A stretch of 64,000 nucleotides of DNA from Candidatus Zixiibacteriota bacterium. Its GTDB lineage: Bacteria; Zixibacteria; MSB-5A5; UBA10806. A program made the translations under genes and the position numbers. The stretch lies in the NCBI GenBank assembly GCA_024641335.1, contig JAHEDG010000013.1, positions 156-64,155 on the forward strand, written 5' to 3'. Below, one piece after another: positions 20,076-30,592 of this stretch; position 1 is the first letter of the stretch; each line of letters starts with the position of its first letter. The notes beneath the pieces are model-generated. The model did no database searches. It saw only the letters and a list, made by a program, of their open reading frames with translations, and was not told where the DNA came from.

Positions 20076-20243
20076 AATAATATTAGGATCGATTGTTTTT
20101 TTTTAATGTAGAAAAATCTTCATGGGGTCATCTGCATTGCTTATTCAAAAAAGGGCTGGAATATCTACAATTCAAAATCGCCCAATTATAGATGTTTCTT
20201 AATGTTTGCCATAATCGAGATCAATTAATATATTGTCCGCCTG

Positions 20244-21227
20244 ATGACTGGAGAAATATCAGGAAAACCGTCGGATAAAGATCGGGTCGATCTTAAAAGA
20301 AATATCTTTAGCCTGAGAACCTTACTGGGATTCGTGGTGGCCGGGATGGTCATCATAGTATTTCTCAGAAATTTCGAAATCGGACAAGCCATTGAAGCCA
20401 TTTCATCCGCCAAATGGTATCTGATACTGGCATCCGCCGCGGTATATTATCTTTCACTCCCGCTTCGGGCCAGTCGTTGGGGGCTTTTGCTTCGACCGTC
20501 AGGCCATGATATAGCTGTTGAACCGCTGGCTCATTATTATTTTCTCTCATGGTTCATCAACGCGCTTCTGCCGGCCAGGATAGGAGATATATATAGAGCT
20601 TACCTTTTGAAGAAGAACAACGGTGTTCCGGTATCTTTGTCATTCGGAGTGCTGTTTTCCGAGCGGGTATTCGATCTGGCTGTTGTTTCGATTTTCGTTG
20701 TTTTCTCCGGAGCTTATTTTTACACCATCCTCCGAGGCACCAGCGAAGGTGACTACCTGGTATTCGGTTTTATGGCGGTGATAATGATCCTCGTATTTTT
20801 CGTGGCCATGGCAATCGGCCTGCCTCGAATACAAGGTTTTTTCCCCGAGAAGTGGAGTATCCGGCTGGAGCTTTTCCGTTCGGGTCTTTTCAGGTCGCCG
20901 TCACGCCTGCCGATTATGATAATCATGACCTCGATAATCTGGCTGACCGAAGCTCTGCGGCTGTATCTGGTTTTTCTGGCGTTCGGGATCCAGGCTGGTT
21001 TCCTGATGGCCGTTTTCATATCGCAGGCTTCGCTAATCTTAATGGCTGTTCCGCTCTCTCCAGCCGGTCTGGGCCTGGTGGAGCTTTTGATGCTGAAGAT
21101 ACTATCATCAACCGGGATATTAACCGATCTGGCGGGAGCTTTAACTATTGTCGACCGTATAATCAGCTATTGGAGTCTTTTGATCTTTGGCGGAATTTGC
21201 TACCTGTTATCAGCGAGGGTCCGATGA
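20244..21227 (+). CDS. lysylphosphatidylglycerol synthase TM-region / AglD2-like flippase
   Basis: 'LRASRW', 'NALLPARIGDIYR', 'ERVFDL', 'PLSPAGLGLVE', 'DRIISYW'. Confidence 0.85.
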   Translation: MTGEISGKPSDKDRVDLKRNIFSLRTLLGFVVAGMVIIVFLRNFEIGQAIEAISSAKWYLILASAAVYYLSLPLRASRWGLLLRPSGHDIAVEPLAHYYFLSWFINALLPARIGDIYRAYLLKKNNGVPVSLSFGVLFSERVFDLAVVSIFVVFSGAYFYTILRGTSEGDYLVFGFMAVIMILVFFVAMAIGLPRIQGFFPEKWSIRLELFRSGLFRSPSRLPIMIIMTSIIWLTEALRLYLVFLAFGIQAGFLMAVFISQASLILMAVPLSPAGLGLVELLMLKILSSTGILTDLAGALTIVDRIISYWSLLIFGGICYLLSARVR

Positions 21228-21967
21228 ACATACTTATCTGTATTCCCACCTATAACGAGTTGGAGAATGTCGAAAATATCATCTCCGCTGTCCTGGCTCA
21301 AGGGGACGATATCGAGGTGCTTATTATCGACGATAATTCACCGGACGGCACGGCCGGTATCGTGGAAAATCTCAAGAAAGACAATCCCAGAATCCACCTG
21401 ATAAAAAGACCCGGCAAGATGGGATTGGGTACGGCCTATGTCGACGGTTTCAAATACGGTCTGTCGCTTCCACGGGTAGGATTCCTGATGGAAATGGACG
21501 CTGATTTCTCCCATGATCCCACTTATCTGACACATTTTCGGGAAGCGATCAAGGATTACGACCTGGTGATAGGATCCCGTTACAGCAACGGTATTTCTAT
21601 TGTAAACTGGCCGATATCAAGGCTTTTGCTTTCTTATTTCGCTTCGATTTATGTTCGTGTTATTACCGGAATGCCGGTCAAGGACCCCACAAGCGGGTTC
21701 AAATGCTTCCGTCGTGAGGTCCTGGAATGGCTCGATCTGGATAAAATCAAATCCAACGGATACGGTTTTCAGATCGAAATGGATTTTTATGTCTGGAGGG
21801 GCGGTTTCAGTATCAGGGAGATTCCTATCCTGTTTATCGATCGGCGGGCCGGGACATCAAAAATGAACCGCAAGATAGTATATGAGGCGGTAATAGGTGT
21901 TTGGAAGCTATTTGTTAAGAAGCTCTTTAGAGCTGACAAGCTAAAAAGAAGACAGAATCCGGCCTAA
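21224..21967 (+). CDS. polyprenol monophosphomannose synthase (GT2, DPM1/Ppm1-like)
   Basis: 'IPTYNE', 'DDNSPDGT', 'GLGTAY', 'EMDADFSH', 'GSRY', 'D.TSGFKCFRR'; ATG 21224 overlaps upstream TGA. Confidence 0.92.
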   Translation: MNILICIPTYNELENVENIISAVLAQGDDIEVLIIDDNSPDGTAGIVENLKKDNPRIHLIKRPGKMGLGTAYVDGFKYGLSLPRVGFLMEMDADFSHDPTYLTHFREAIKDYDLVIGSRYSNGISIVNWPISRLLLSYFASIYVRVITGMPVKDPTSGFKCFRREVLEWLDLDKIKSNGYGFQIEMDFYVWRGGFSIREIPILFIDRRAGTSKMNRKIVYEAVIGVWKLFVKKLFRADKLKRRQNPA

Positions 21968-22080
21968 GATACTCTGTATTTTTTTAAATAAATCGGAATT
22001 TAGATTCTTGCCCTTTTGAAAGGGATAGTTTATATTGACGCCTAATAAAAAGAAAGCTATTGCGGCAAAAGGAGAGGTTA

Positions 22081-22665
22081 ATGCAAAAAATCATCGGCAT
22101 AATATCGATTCTAATCTTGATCGCCGGATCTGCCGTGGCCGCCGATTACTGGCATTTCGGGATGGGACTCCGGGGCACCGCGGTTTTGCCTGGTGATGAA
22201 TACAGCAATGCCTTAGGTGTAGGCGTGGTGGCGTCATTCGGCGACCCCGATTCGAGGTTCACTACTCAAATGGAGATCGACTCGTGGAAAGTCACATATT
22301 CTAAAGACCTTCCGGGTGACGGCTACGGCGCGCTGGAGCATGAATATTCGGGATTCGGGGCCGGGTTTTTCGAAAAGTACAGACTATATGGATTCGGAAG
22401 CAAGATCTCCGGCTACCTTATCGGCGGGCTGGGCGGTTACTTTCTCGAACTAAAACGAGAAGAACCTATCGAATTGGTCGGATTACAGATGCGTTCTCAG
22501 TACCTGCATCCCAGGGCCATGACGGCCGGAGGTACCGGAATCGATACCCGGATCAGCCAGAATATTACTACTTTTGTCGAGGGTAGATACGTTTATATAA
22601 TCAGCGGCGGCGAGGAAGATAAGCCGCTTATCCAGGGATATCTTGGATTAAAGTATCTATTTTAA
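22081..22665 (+). CDS. outer membrane beta-barrel protein
   Basis: Signal peptide, 'FVEGRY', C-terminal 'LGLKYLF'. Confidence 0.75.
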   Translation: MQKIIGIISILILIAGSAVAADYWHFGMGLRGTAVLPGDEYSNALGVGVVASFGDPDSRFTTQMEIDSWKVTYSKDLPGDGYGALEHEYSGFGAGFFEKYRLYGFGSKISGYLIGGLGGYFLELKREEPIELVGLQMRSQYLHPRAMTAGGTGIDTRISQNITTFVEGRYVYIISGGEEDKPLIQGYLGLKYLF

Positions 22666-22689
22666 GCCTCAGCTCAAATTAAACTCTTG

Positions 22690-22718
22690 AAAAACCGCCG
22701 ATTATGGCGGTTTTTTTT
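22690..22718 (+). terminator. intrinsic terminator
   Basis: AAAAACCGCC-GATTAT-GGCGG-T8. Confidence 0.8.
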
Positions 22719-22780
22719 AAAGTTTTTTCCAATCAAGCCGATCATAGGATCATATTAATCCTTAACCAAGGAGGTAAACA

Positions 22781-23317
22781 ATGAGGAGGACTCTACTTCT
22801 CACAACGGTATTTGTCGCGGTGATAGCTATGACAGCTTCCGCGGGCATTAATTTCACCCACGGCGGAATTCGCGCCGGTTATGTGGCTCCCAAGGATATC
22901 GACAACACCATCGGATTCGGCGGGGAAATCGGTTTTGGAGTTCCCGTTCCCAACCTGAGCCTCAGCATCGAGGCCGGTTACTGGAACAAATCGTACACCG
23001 ATGAACTGACCACCTGGAAACTGGGATTCTCCGATCTTAGTTTCGGACTTTCCGGCAAGTACGAAGTTGACGCCTCTCAAGGCAAATTCTATCCGTATTT
23101 CGGAGCCGGTGTAGGCATGCATATGCTGAAGGCCGAAATTGAAGTGATGGGGATTTCCGCTTCCGCGACCGATTCCAAATTCGGGGCTCATGCTTTCGGC
23201 GGAATCAGGGTTCCGTTCGCTCCCGTTATCAGCGGTTTTGTCGAAGCACGTTATACCGTTGTCGACCCGGATTATCTGGGCGTCTATGGCGGTTTGAATT
23301 ATTCCTTCGCCAAATAA
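22781..23317 (+). CDS. outer membrane beta-barrel protein (OmpA/OmpW-like)
   Basis: AAGGAGG RBS, signal peptide, 'PYFGAGVG', 'FVEARY', 'GGLNYSF'. Confidence 0.8.
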   Translation: MRRTLLLTTVFVAVIAMTASAGINFTHGGIRAGYVAPKDIDNTIGFGGEIGFGVPVPNLSLSIEAGYWNKSYTDELTTWKLGFSDLSFGLSGKYEVDASQGKFYPYFGAGVGMHMLKAEIEVMGISASATDSKFGAHAFGGIRVPFAPVISGFVEARYTVVDPDYLGVYGGLNYSFAK

Positions 23318-23340
23318 CTTGACTGAAAACTCAAGTTTAG

Positions 23341-23371
23341 AAAACCCGGCCTGCCGAAAAGGCCGGGTTTT
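23341..23371. terminator. bidirectional intrinsic terminator
   Basis: AAAACCCGGCCT-N7-AGGCCGGGTTTT. Confidence 0.8.
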
Positions 23372-23894
23372 ATTTTGGCGCTTTCAGACGATCCATCAGA
23401 AATTCTATAAAATGAACCATTTTCTCCCGTGATGAAAAACATCGCCTGGGGATAACATAGGCCAGTTTGCGTCGAGTAAAGATCAGAAATATCCGACCAG
23501 TATCCTTTACGGTCTTGATGTCGGGCCAGGCGCTGACCGCCTCCCGTCCATTGGCGCTGATATGGATTCCCTCATCGGTCAGACGATAAGAACGGTGGTT
23601 CATCAGGTCGGAGATGCCCGGACTTTTTATCAGGTAGATCTGCATTATCAGTATCAGCGGCTGAGAAAGTCCTACCGCCAAAAGTATGGCGGCCCATATT
23701 GAAATAGTACTCAAAAGTTCTCTGGTCTCCGAATCGGGATGAGAAAATGAAAGATACACCATACCGACGAAAACAATCAATCCCAATAGATCGAAAAACA
23801 GAAGCCACCTGATATGATAAAAATTGTAGATGGAGATTTCTCCTTTGGTCAGGCTTACATTTACTTTGTAATTCTCAGTCATAATCGTCCCCAT
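23370..23894 (-). CDS. YcxB-family membrane protein
   Basis: Two TM helices then 'W..I..V.DT...FLIF.....AYVIPRRCF'. Confidence 0.75.
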   Translation of the reverse strand: MGTIMTENYKVNVSLTKGEISIYNFYHIRWLLFFDLLGLIVFVGMVYLSFSHPDSETRELLSTISIWAAILLAVGLSQPLILIMQIYLIKSPGISDLMNHRSYRLTDEGIHISANGREAVSAWPDIKTVKDTGRIFLIFTRRKLAYVIPRRCFSSREKMVHFIEFLMDRLKAPK

Positions 23895-23952
23895 ACAGAA
23901 TATATACGATTATACGATTTAGCGGCAAAATAATTCATGGGATTCCGGCGAT

Positions 23953-23982
23953 AAAAACGCCCCGATCTTTCGACCGGGGCGT
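23953..23982 (-). terminator. gyrA terminator
   Basis: ACGCCCCG hairpin followed by T5 on minus strand. Confidence 0.7.
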
Positions 23983-24008
23983 CAGAGAAGAAATATCGAT
24001 TGAATCGA

Positions 24009-26450
24009 TTAGGGCACTTTTTCGCCCGCCGGAACCCTGGCCACATCAATCACTTTATCGGTGGCATCGAGTTTCATCAGCCGGACTCCCTGGGTAGCCC
24101 TGCTCATCGAACGAACAGAACTGATAGACAACCGATTAACAATGCCCCTATGAGTGATAAGCAGCAGTTCGTCTTCGTCAACCACTTCCTTGACAGCTAC
24201 CACCAGACCGTTCCGCTCGGAAGCCCTGATATTGATCACCCCTTTGCCCCCCCTGTTGGTTACCCTGTAATCGGCTATATCCGATCTTTTGCCATAGCCG
24301 TTTTCGGTAACTGTCAGCAGAGTAGATTCCCGTCTTACCACCACGGCCGATATCACATAATCATCCTTGCCCAGGTTAATGCCCCGGACCCCGTAGGCGG
24401 TTCGTCCCATAGGCCTGACTTTCTCTTCAGGGAATCTGACAGCCAGCCCTCTGCGCGTAGCCAGTATGATATCACATGTGCCGTCGGAAATAGCGGCTTC
24501 GATCAGCAGGTCGTCGTCGGGCAGGTTCATGGCTATTATGCCGTCACGCCGGGGATTGGAAAAAGAGGCCAACTCGGTTTTCTTTATCTGGCCGTTCCTG
24601 GTGGCCAGAACAATATATCCGATGTCCTCGAAATTCCTGACGGGAACAAAGGCCGAGACCGAATCATCTTTATCCAGTCCTATCATATTTACGATAGCTT
24701 TGCCTTTGGCCAGTCTTCCGCCCTGAGGAATAGCGTGAACCTTGAGCCAGTGACAACGTCCCTTACCGGTGAAGAAGAGGATGTATTGATGGGTCGAAGC
24801 AACGAACATATGCTCGACAAAATCCTCCTCTTTGGTTTCCATTCCCATGACCCCGCGGGTTCCCCTGTTCTGCTTGCGGTAGGCCGATGTCGACAGACGT
24901 TTGATATAGCCGGAATGGGATATGGTCACGATCATATCCTCTTCCGCGATCAGATCCTCGACAGTGAAATCGTCGTCGATTTCCTCTTCGAGTATGAGCG
25001 AATGACGATCATCGCCATATTTTTCTTTCATCTCCATAAGCTCGTCTTTGATAATTTGCATACGACGGTCTTTGGATGCCAGAATCTCGTTCAGCTCGGC
25101 GATCAGCTTGATAGTTTTTTCGTATTCCTGCAGAATCTTATCGCGTTCCAATCCTGTCAGTCTCTGCAGCCTCATTTCCAGAATCGACTGGGCCTGAATT
25201 TCGGACAGCTTGAATCGTTTCATTAAACCATCTTTGGCGTCCGCGGGATCCTTCGATTTTTTTATCAGCTCTATAACCGCGTCGATGTTATCCAGGGCAA
25301 TTCTGTAACCTTCCAGAATATGAGCCCGTTTCTCGGCTTCAGCCAGATCGAAAGCGGTTCTTTTCAGAATTATTTCATGCCGATGGTTGACGAACTCCTG
25401 CAAAAGATCTTTGATCCCCAAAGTTCGGGGCTGACCGTTCACTAAAGCCAGCATGTTCATTCCGAAAGTAGTCTGCATCTGGGTCATTTTGAAAAGCTGG
25501 TTGAGAACGATTTCCGAGGGAGTATCTTTTTTAAGTTCCAGAACTATCCTCATCCCGTCACGGTCGGATTCATCGCGCAGATCGGAGATTCCCTCGATTT
25601 TCTTGCCGCGAATCAGATCGGCGATCTTTTCCAGAAGATTGGATTTATTGACCTGGTATGGGATTTCGCTGACAATTATACTCTCGCGTCCGTTTTTTTG
25701 TATCTCCACGTTGGCCTTGGCCCTGATCATGAAGCGTCCCCTGCCGGTCATATATCCTTCGCGCATTCCCGAAAGACCGAATACTATTCCGCCGGTCGGG
25801 AAATCGGGCCCGGTGATGAATCGCAGAATATCCTTCGGCGGCATATCGGGATCGTCAATTAAGGCGCAAAGGGCGTCAACCGTTTCGCTTAGATTATGAG
25901 GAGGAATATTGGTGGCCATTCCGACAGCTATCCCGGAGGAACCGTTGCAGACGAGATTGGGGAATTTGGATGTCAGAACACCGGGTTCCTCGCGGGTCTC
26001 GTCATAGTTGGGGATCATGTTGACCGTATTTTTCTCAAGATCAGTCAGCATTTCCATAGCTACGGGGCTCAGCCGCGCTTCGGTATATCTCATAGCCGCC
26101 GCCGAATCGCCGTCGATCGAGCCGAAGTTCCCCTGGCCGTCGACCAGAGGATATCTCATATTGAATTCCTGAGCCATCCTGACCAGTGTCGGGTAAACGA
26201 CCTGTTCGCCATGAGGATGGTAATTTCCCGAAGTATCACCGGCGATCTTGGCGCATTTTCTGTGAGGTCTTCCCGGGGAAAGATTGAGATCGTTCATAGC
26301 CACCAGGATCCTCCTGTTGGACGGTTTCAATCCGTCGCGAACATCAGGAAGAGCCCGGTTGGTAATTACCGACATCGAATAATCTATATAGGAAGATTTC
26401 ATTTCATCTTCGATGAAGACCGGCAGTATTTTTTCAGATTCCAAAGGCAT
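24009..26450 (-). CDS. gyrA: DNA gyrase subunit A
   Basis: '[12 protein letters not shown]', 'YHPHG', '[11 protein letters not shown]', GyrA-box 'QNRGTRG', six-blade CTD. Confidence 0.97.
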   Translation of the reverse strand: MPLESEKILPVFIEDEMKSSYIDYSMSVITNRALPDVRDGLKPSNRRILVAMNDLNLSPGRPHRKCAKIAGDTSGNYHPHGEQVVYPTLVRMAQEFNMRYPLVDGQGNFGSIDGDSAAAMRYTEARLSPVAMEMLTDLEKNTVNMIPNYDETREEPGVLTSKFPNLVCNGSSGIAVGMATNIPPHNLSETVDALCALIDDPDMPPKDILRFITGPDFPTGGIVFGLSGMREGYMTGRGRFMIRAKANVEIQKNGRESIIVSEIPYQVNKSNLLEKIADLIRGKKIEGISDLRDESDRDGMRIVLELKKDTPSEIVLNQLFKMTQMQTTFGMNMLALVNGQPRTLGIKDLLQEFVNHRHEIILKRTAFDLAEAEKRAHILEGYRIALDNIDAVIELIKKSKDPADAKDGLMKRFKLSEIQAQSILEMRLQRLTGLERDKILQEYEKTIKLIAELNEILASKDRRMQIIKDELMEMKEKYGDDRHSLILEEEIDDDFTVEDLIAEEDMIVTISHSGYIKRLSTSAYRKQNRGTRGVMGMETKEEDFVEHMFVASTHQYILFFTGKGRCHWLKVHAIPQGGRLAKGKAIVNMIGLDKDDSVSAFVPVRNFEDIGYIVLATRNGQIKKTELASFSNPRRDGIIAMNLPDDDLLIEAAISDGTCDIILATRRGLAVRFPEEKVRPMGRTAYGVRGINLGKDDYVISAVVVRRESTLLTVTENGYGKRSDIADYRVTNRGGKGVINIRASERNGLVVAVKEVVDEDELLLITHRGIVNRLSISSVRSMSRATQGVRLMKLDATDKVIDVARVPAGEKVP

Positions 26451-26630
26451 TGTTTATCTTGCTCCTTCTATTTTATCAACATCAAATCAGTATAGCATAA
26501 TTATCCGGGGAATTCAACAAAATAATAATAATTTCCACACCCTAACTGTTTGGAATACAATAAGTTATTGCTATCATTCCAAGTCGGATACTTTTTTTGG
26601 CAGATCTAGATAATTTTGGGGGCCTCAGAT

Positions 26631-26657
26631 AAAAAAAGGCCCCTTTTCAGGGGCCTT
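26631..26657 (-). terminator. intrinsic terminator
   Basis: AAGGCCCC-TTTTCA-GGGGCCTT with A7 flank (T7 on minus strand). Confidence 0.75.
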
Positions 26658-26670
26658 CAAACTGGTGATT

Positions 26671-27312
26671 CTAATATCTTGGAGGCGCGCCTTTGCCTTT
26701 GGAAGCGAAGGAGAGTTTTACTCCAAAGTAGATGAAATCCCATGAATCGGACGGCAAGCCGATTTCGAATGAATTCCCGAACGCGTTATATTCGGAGGAA
26801 GCTATATTGTATTTGATTTCCAGTTCATAGAGCATATTACGGTCTGTAGGACTGCTCAACCCTATACCTCCGAAAACGAAATTACCCTGATTCCCGGTTC
26901 TATCGAACGTGTCTTCGGGAACATAGAAGTGCGCGTTGGGAGTGAACACCCCGGCTCCGCCCATCAAATATAATTTTCCTTTGGAGACATTAAGAAAGTT
27001 CATTTTAGCCAATCCGCCGAGTTGGCTCAAATTAAAACTCAACCGCCCATCGCTGGTGGGGTATGAGGAGCCGAACCTGACATAATTGGCAAATCCTCCA
27101 ACCGAAAAACCACCGAGAACATAATACCTGATTTCCGCCTCGATCCCGAAACCGGAGCCGGCCGAAAGCCCGGCTGCTTCATCGGCGAAATCGCCTTGGG
27201 CAGCGGTCAAGCCCAATCCGAAAGAACCTACAAAAGTACCGCTTTTCTGGGCGTGCAGGTAGACAGGAGCGGCCAGAATCAGGATTAACGAGACCAGCAA
27301 AATTTTTCGCAT
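26671..27312 (-). CDS. outer membrane beta-barrel protein
   Basis: Signal peptide, amphipathic strands, 'FGVKLSF'. Confidence 0.72.
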   Translation of the reverse strand: MRKILLVSLILILAAPVYLHAQKSGTFVGSFGLGLTAAQGDFADEAAGLSAGSGFGIEAEIRYYVLGGFSVGGFANYVRFGSSYPTSDGRLSFNLSQLGGLAKMNFLNVSKGKLYLMGGAGVFTPNAHFYVPEDTFDRTGNQGNFVFGGIGLSSPTDRNMLYELEIKYNIASSEYNAFGNSFEIGLPSDSWDFIYFGVKLSFASKGKGAPPRY

Positions 27313-27690
27313 TCAATTCTCCTTAAAAAATCGCGACATCACCATTTTTTTCAATATACGAAAACCGCCTGTACCGAACAAACTAAATTCTCCGTTATTG
27401 CCCGTTTTTTAGTACCCCGATTCGATCTCCTTCGGCCAGAGATTACAGGCTATCCGTTTCAAGCCCATTATAATCAACATAATTGAGCTGATTGCGGTTT
27501 CAAAATCTTTGATGGGCAATGGTAAAAAGCTGATCGTCCCATCGTTATGGATTCTAAGTTAACCTGAAAATACTTTACTTGAGATCGAAATTTTAGCCAA
27601 CAGCGGGTCAGGCAACCCCTTATGTCTTTTGATACGCGATATGAAATCCGGGGGGGAATGTCATATGCAGACTATAGCGCCTGTCATCTT

Positions 27691-27975
27691 TTAAGCGTTT
27701 ACTCCTTTTCCTGCAACCATCTGAGCTACTTCCAGCTCATAGGCTTCGAGCACTTTTTCTTCCACATGACGCCGCATCTCGGAATTGACCGGATGAGCGA
27801 CATCCTGATAGGTACCGTCCGGACGTTTTTTCGAGGGCATGCTGATAAAAAGCCCCTTGTTGCCGCTGATGATCTTCATTCCCCTGATGACAAAGGCGTT
27901 GTCGAAGGTGATATTGGCGAATGCCTTCAACTTATCCTCGTTTCTCATGGTCAGCCTGATTTCGGTGATTTCCAC
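27691..27975 (-). CDS. spoVG: SpoVG-family nucleic-acid-binding regulator
   Basis: 'MEITEIR', 'LKAFANITFD..FVI', 'GLFISMPS', 'YQDVAHPVN'; AGGAGG RBS, GTG start. Confidence 0.95.
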   Translation of the reverse strand: MEITEIRLTMRNEDKLKAFANITFDNAFVIRGMKIISGNKGLFISMPSKKRPDGTYQDVAHPVNSEMRRHVEEKVLEAYELEVAQMVAGKGVNA

Positions 27976-28060
27976 GATTCCTCCTGGAGTTGCGTTTTGC
28001 TCCGACGATAAGAATGTAAAATAGAACGGCCCTCATATAATAAGCTGCTGATAACCACTT

Positions 28061-28930
28061 CTAAATTACCTCATAAAAAGGCGGCAATAATACCGGTCTG
28101 CAGTAAAACACTCTGAAGCCCGGCCCGAGTATCTTTTCCATTTTCAGTTGTCTGATATCGCGAGAGAAAAAAATACCGAAAAAAGCCGACCCGGAACCTG
28201 TCATAGCGCTATAATCAGCTCCATTGGAATCCAAAATCTCCTTCAAATTCGAGAGCTCCGGCAGTTTTTTCAATGTAACCTCTTCCAGATCATTCTTGAA
28301 CGACCCTAACAACCGCCTGAATCTGGAGAAATCTATCCTTTTTAATAATAAAAAAGATTCTTCATTTTTTGTCAAGTTAATTTTTACATCTTGATATATC
28401 TGGGCAGTGGAAGCGGTTGCCGAACAGGTGATTACGACAACGCTGTAGTCTGTGGTTATCTGCGTCGGGTTGATTATTTCACCGCGGCCCGAAACACGGG
28501 CCTGGCCTCCGGTTAAGAAGAACGGGACATCCGATCCTATCGCGGAAGCCAGAGCGATGACAGTTTTAAGGTTCGGCTTAATACCATAAAGTTTGCACAG
28601 ACCCCTGATTACGAATCCGGCGTCGGACGACCCTCCGCCCAACCCCGATCCGTAGGGGATTTTCTTCTTAAGATCTATGCGCACACCGGGAAAATAGTAT
28701 TCGTCTCGCAGCGCCAGGGTGGCTTTCAGAGCCAGATTATTTTCGTCCACGGGGAGCGCCGGATCGTCGCAGACCATCTCTATTATGTCTGATTTTTCCA
28801 ACGTGATCTCGTCATAGAGATCTATTGTCTGCATCAGACTATCGATCTGGTGATAACCATCGTCCCGCTTTCCGAGAATTCGCAGATATAGATTTATCTT
28901 GGCAGGGGCCTTTAGCGATATTTTGTCCAA
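28061..28930 (-). CDS. ispE: 4-diphosphocytidyl-2-C-methyl-D-erythritol kinase
   Basis: 'APAKINLYL', 'DGYH', 'GSGLGGGSSDA', 'GSDVPFF', 'MTGSGS'. Confidence 0.95.
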   Translation of the reverse strand: MDKISLKAPAKINLYLRILGKRDDGYHQIDSLMQTIDLYDEITLEKSDIIEMVCDDPALPVDENNLALKATLALRDEYYFPGVRIDLKKKIPYGSGLGGGSSDAGFVIRGLCKLYGIKPNLKTVIALASAIGSDVPFFLTGGQARVSGRGEIINPTQITTDYSVVVITCSATASTAQIYQDVKINLTKNEESFLLLKRIDFSRFRRLLGSFKNDLEEVTLKKLPELSNLKEILDSNGADYSAMTGSGSAFFGIFFSRDIRQLKMEKILGPGFRVFYCRPVLLPPFYEVI

Positions 28931-30468
28931 AACGGAATACCTGTATCCAACCTGTATGATAAGTACAAATTAACATAAAACTGGCCGAAAGATCTGCCCT
29001 TATCATGCTTATAATTGGTAATATCCTGATGACCTAAGGCGCAGCCGGTTTCCATATTATTCAGGATTCGAAAATTCGAAACCAGGCTGATATCGTCGGT
29101 AATCTCCACGATACCAGACGGGAATTTTTCAATTTTTGGCAATATACCGTCCTGACGATCGACAGCGTAATACTCCCCTTTCCCCCTTGAGGCCCACTGA
29201 ATCCCTATCCGGCTATTGCCGGCGAACCGTCTGGTCAGAGAGGCGAATATTTCGTACTCATCGGAATCCAGACGTCCGATAGGACGGTCCCAGTTGTAAT
29301 AGACATTGACTCGTTTCCTGTGGCCGTAAACATATTTATCTATAGCGTTAAGCTCTATCAGAGCTTTCCAATGGCTGAAACGGGACGGGTTCAGATCGGC
29401 GCCCAGTTGTATCCCGAGTCGCTGAGGCCCGTTGTTCTCATACTGAAAATCATCCGCAATCAGCTGACCGTAAAATCGTCCGATTCCCTTTTTCGTCCAT
29501 GACCCGTCGATAGCCCAAAATGTGTTGTCATCCAAAGACCGGTTGAAGGACTCCCAGTAGAAAAGAACTACAGGGATACCATAGTATATCTCCGGCAGCC
29601 GCTCCGGCCCTCCATAGAGAACCACTTCCGATAAGGCTAATTCCCAGCTATTGCCGGTATTCAGAGCGAACCGATGTCCGGCCAGATAGCGTCTGTTATT
29701 CTCGGCCCGAACCGGGTCGTAATAATCATCGATTCTGGCTGTAAACCATGACAACCTGAACGGCTTCAGATCGAACCGAAAACTAATCATATCCAAAGGC
29801 GGAGAACCGTTATCGATAAGCAGACTTCCCCGTGAGGACGGCCCCCAGATAATCCTCTGACGTCCCGCCAGGATATTGAAATTACCGAGTTCAAAAGCGG
29901 CGTAAGCATGATCGAACTGGCCGATTATGCGGGCGTTATGCGCCCTGCCGTAATACCAGGGATACCCGGTACCGTCGGAATCGAAGATCAGCCTGGTATC
30001 GATCCCCCAGTTATTGTCTTTCGAAATCCACCAGCCGGCATTATAAGCGGAACCGATTTCGCCCTTGAAATTACGGTTTACATACCTTGCTCTTCGCAGA
30101 AAATACCCATCCCGGCGTTCCCTGGAAAGACCTCGAAGTTCCAAACCGAGATTGAAATCTCCGGACAGGCGGTCGGGTAAGCTTTTTTGAGGCGGACCGA
30201 GATAATTCAGTACAAACTCGGCAGTTTCCCTGCTTGACGAATCGAAGACTGGCATATCGGACATTATCGCCCTTATGACTTCATTCATCAGCCATGGTCT
30301 TTCAGCCACTGTTAGATCGTTGAGGTAGCCCCTGTTTATCAAATCCAGGATCTCCAGATTGACAGGATCGGCGGACGAGATAAACACGGTTTGAGCGTGA
30401 GACGAGCTGAAGAGAATTATCGCGGATATAAAAAGCGTCGTCCAGATGGTTCTATAAATTAAAAGCAT
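28912..30468 (-). CDS. capsule assembly Wzi-family outer membrane protein
   Basis: Signal peptide, 'GRQRIIWGP...GSLLI.N.SPP', 'YLAGHR', 'LSEVVLYGG'. Confidence 0.75.
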   Translation of the reverse strand: MLLIYRTIWTTLFISAIILFSSSHAQTVFISSADPVNLEILDLINRGYLNDLTVAERPWLMNEVIRAIMSDMPVFDSSSRETAEFVLNYLGPPQKSLPDRLSGDFNLGLELRGLSRERRDGYFLRRARYVNRNFKGEIGSAYNAGWWISKDNNWGIDTRLIFDSDGTGYPWYYGRAHNARIIGQFDHAYAAFELGNFNILAGRQRIIWGPSSRGSLLIDNGSPPLDMISFRFDLKPFRLSWFTARIDDYYDPVRAENNRRYLAGHRFALNTGNSWELALSEVVLYGGPERLPEIYYGIPVVLFYWESFNRSLDDNTFWAIDGSWTKKGIGRFYGQLIADDFQYENNGPQRLGIQLGADLNPSRFSHWKALIELNAIDKYVYGHRKRVNVYYNWDRPIGRLDSDEYEIFASLTRRFAGNSRIGIQWASRGKGEYYAVDRQDGILPKIEKFPSGIVEITDDISLVSNFRILNNMETGCALGHQDITNYKHDKGRSFGQFYVNLYLSYRLDTGIPFWTKYR

Positions 30469-30592
30469 AACATCAATTTATCCGGCAAGTTACAGAATGT
30501 CAAGTTGATAGAGATGTATTCTCCTGGGTCATTCATCAGGATTTGGGGAAATGTGATCGACCGTTTAAAAATAATGAGTTGAAATAATATCT

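Noticed and set aside
20852-21223. N-terminal extension of the GT2 ORF
   Set aside because: Overlaps the flippase gene; homology starts at MNILICIPTYNE (21224)
24000-25226. 408-aa ORF on + strand and similar long antisense ORFs (35893-37581, 18295-18912, 47074-48944)
   Set aside because: Shadow frames of gyrA, gyrB, the M16 peptidase and lon, with no recognisable motifs
27313-27690. tRNA-Gln or riboswitch after ispE-spoVG
   Set aside because: No cloverleaf, T-loop or recognisable aptamer consensus found
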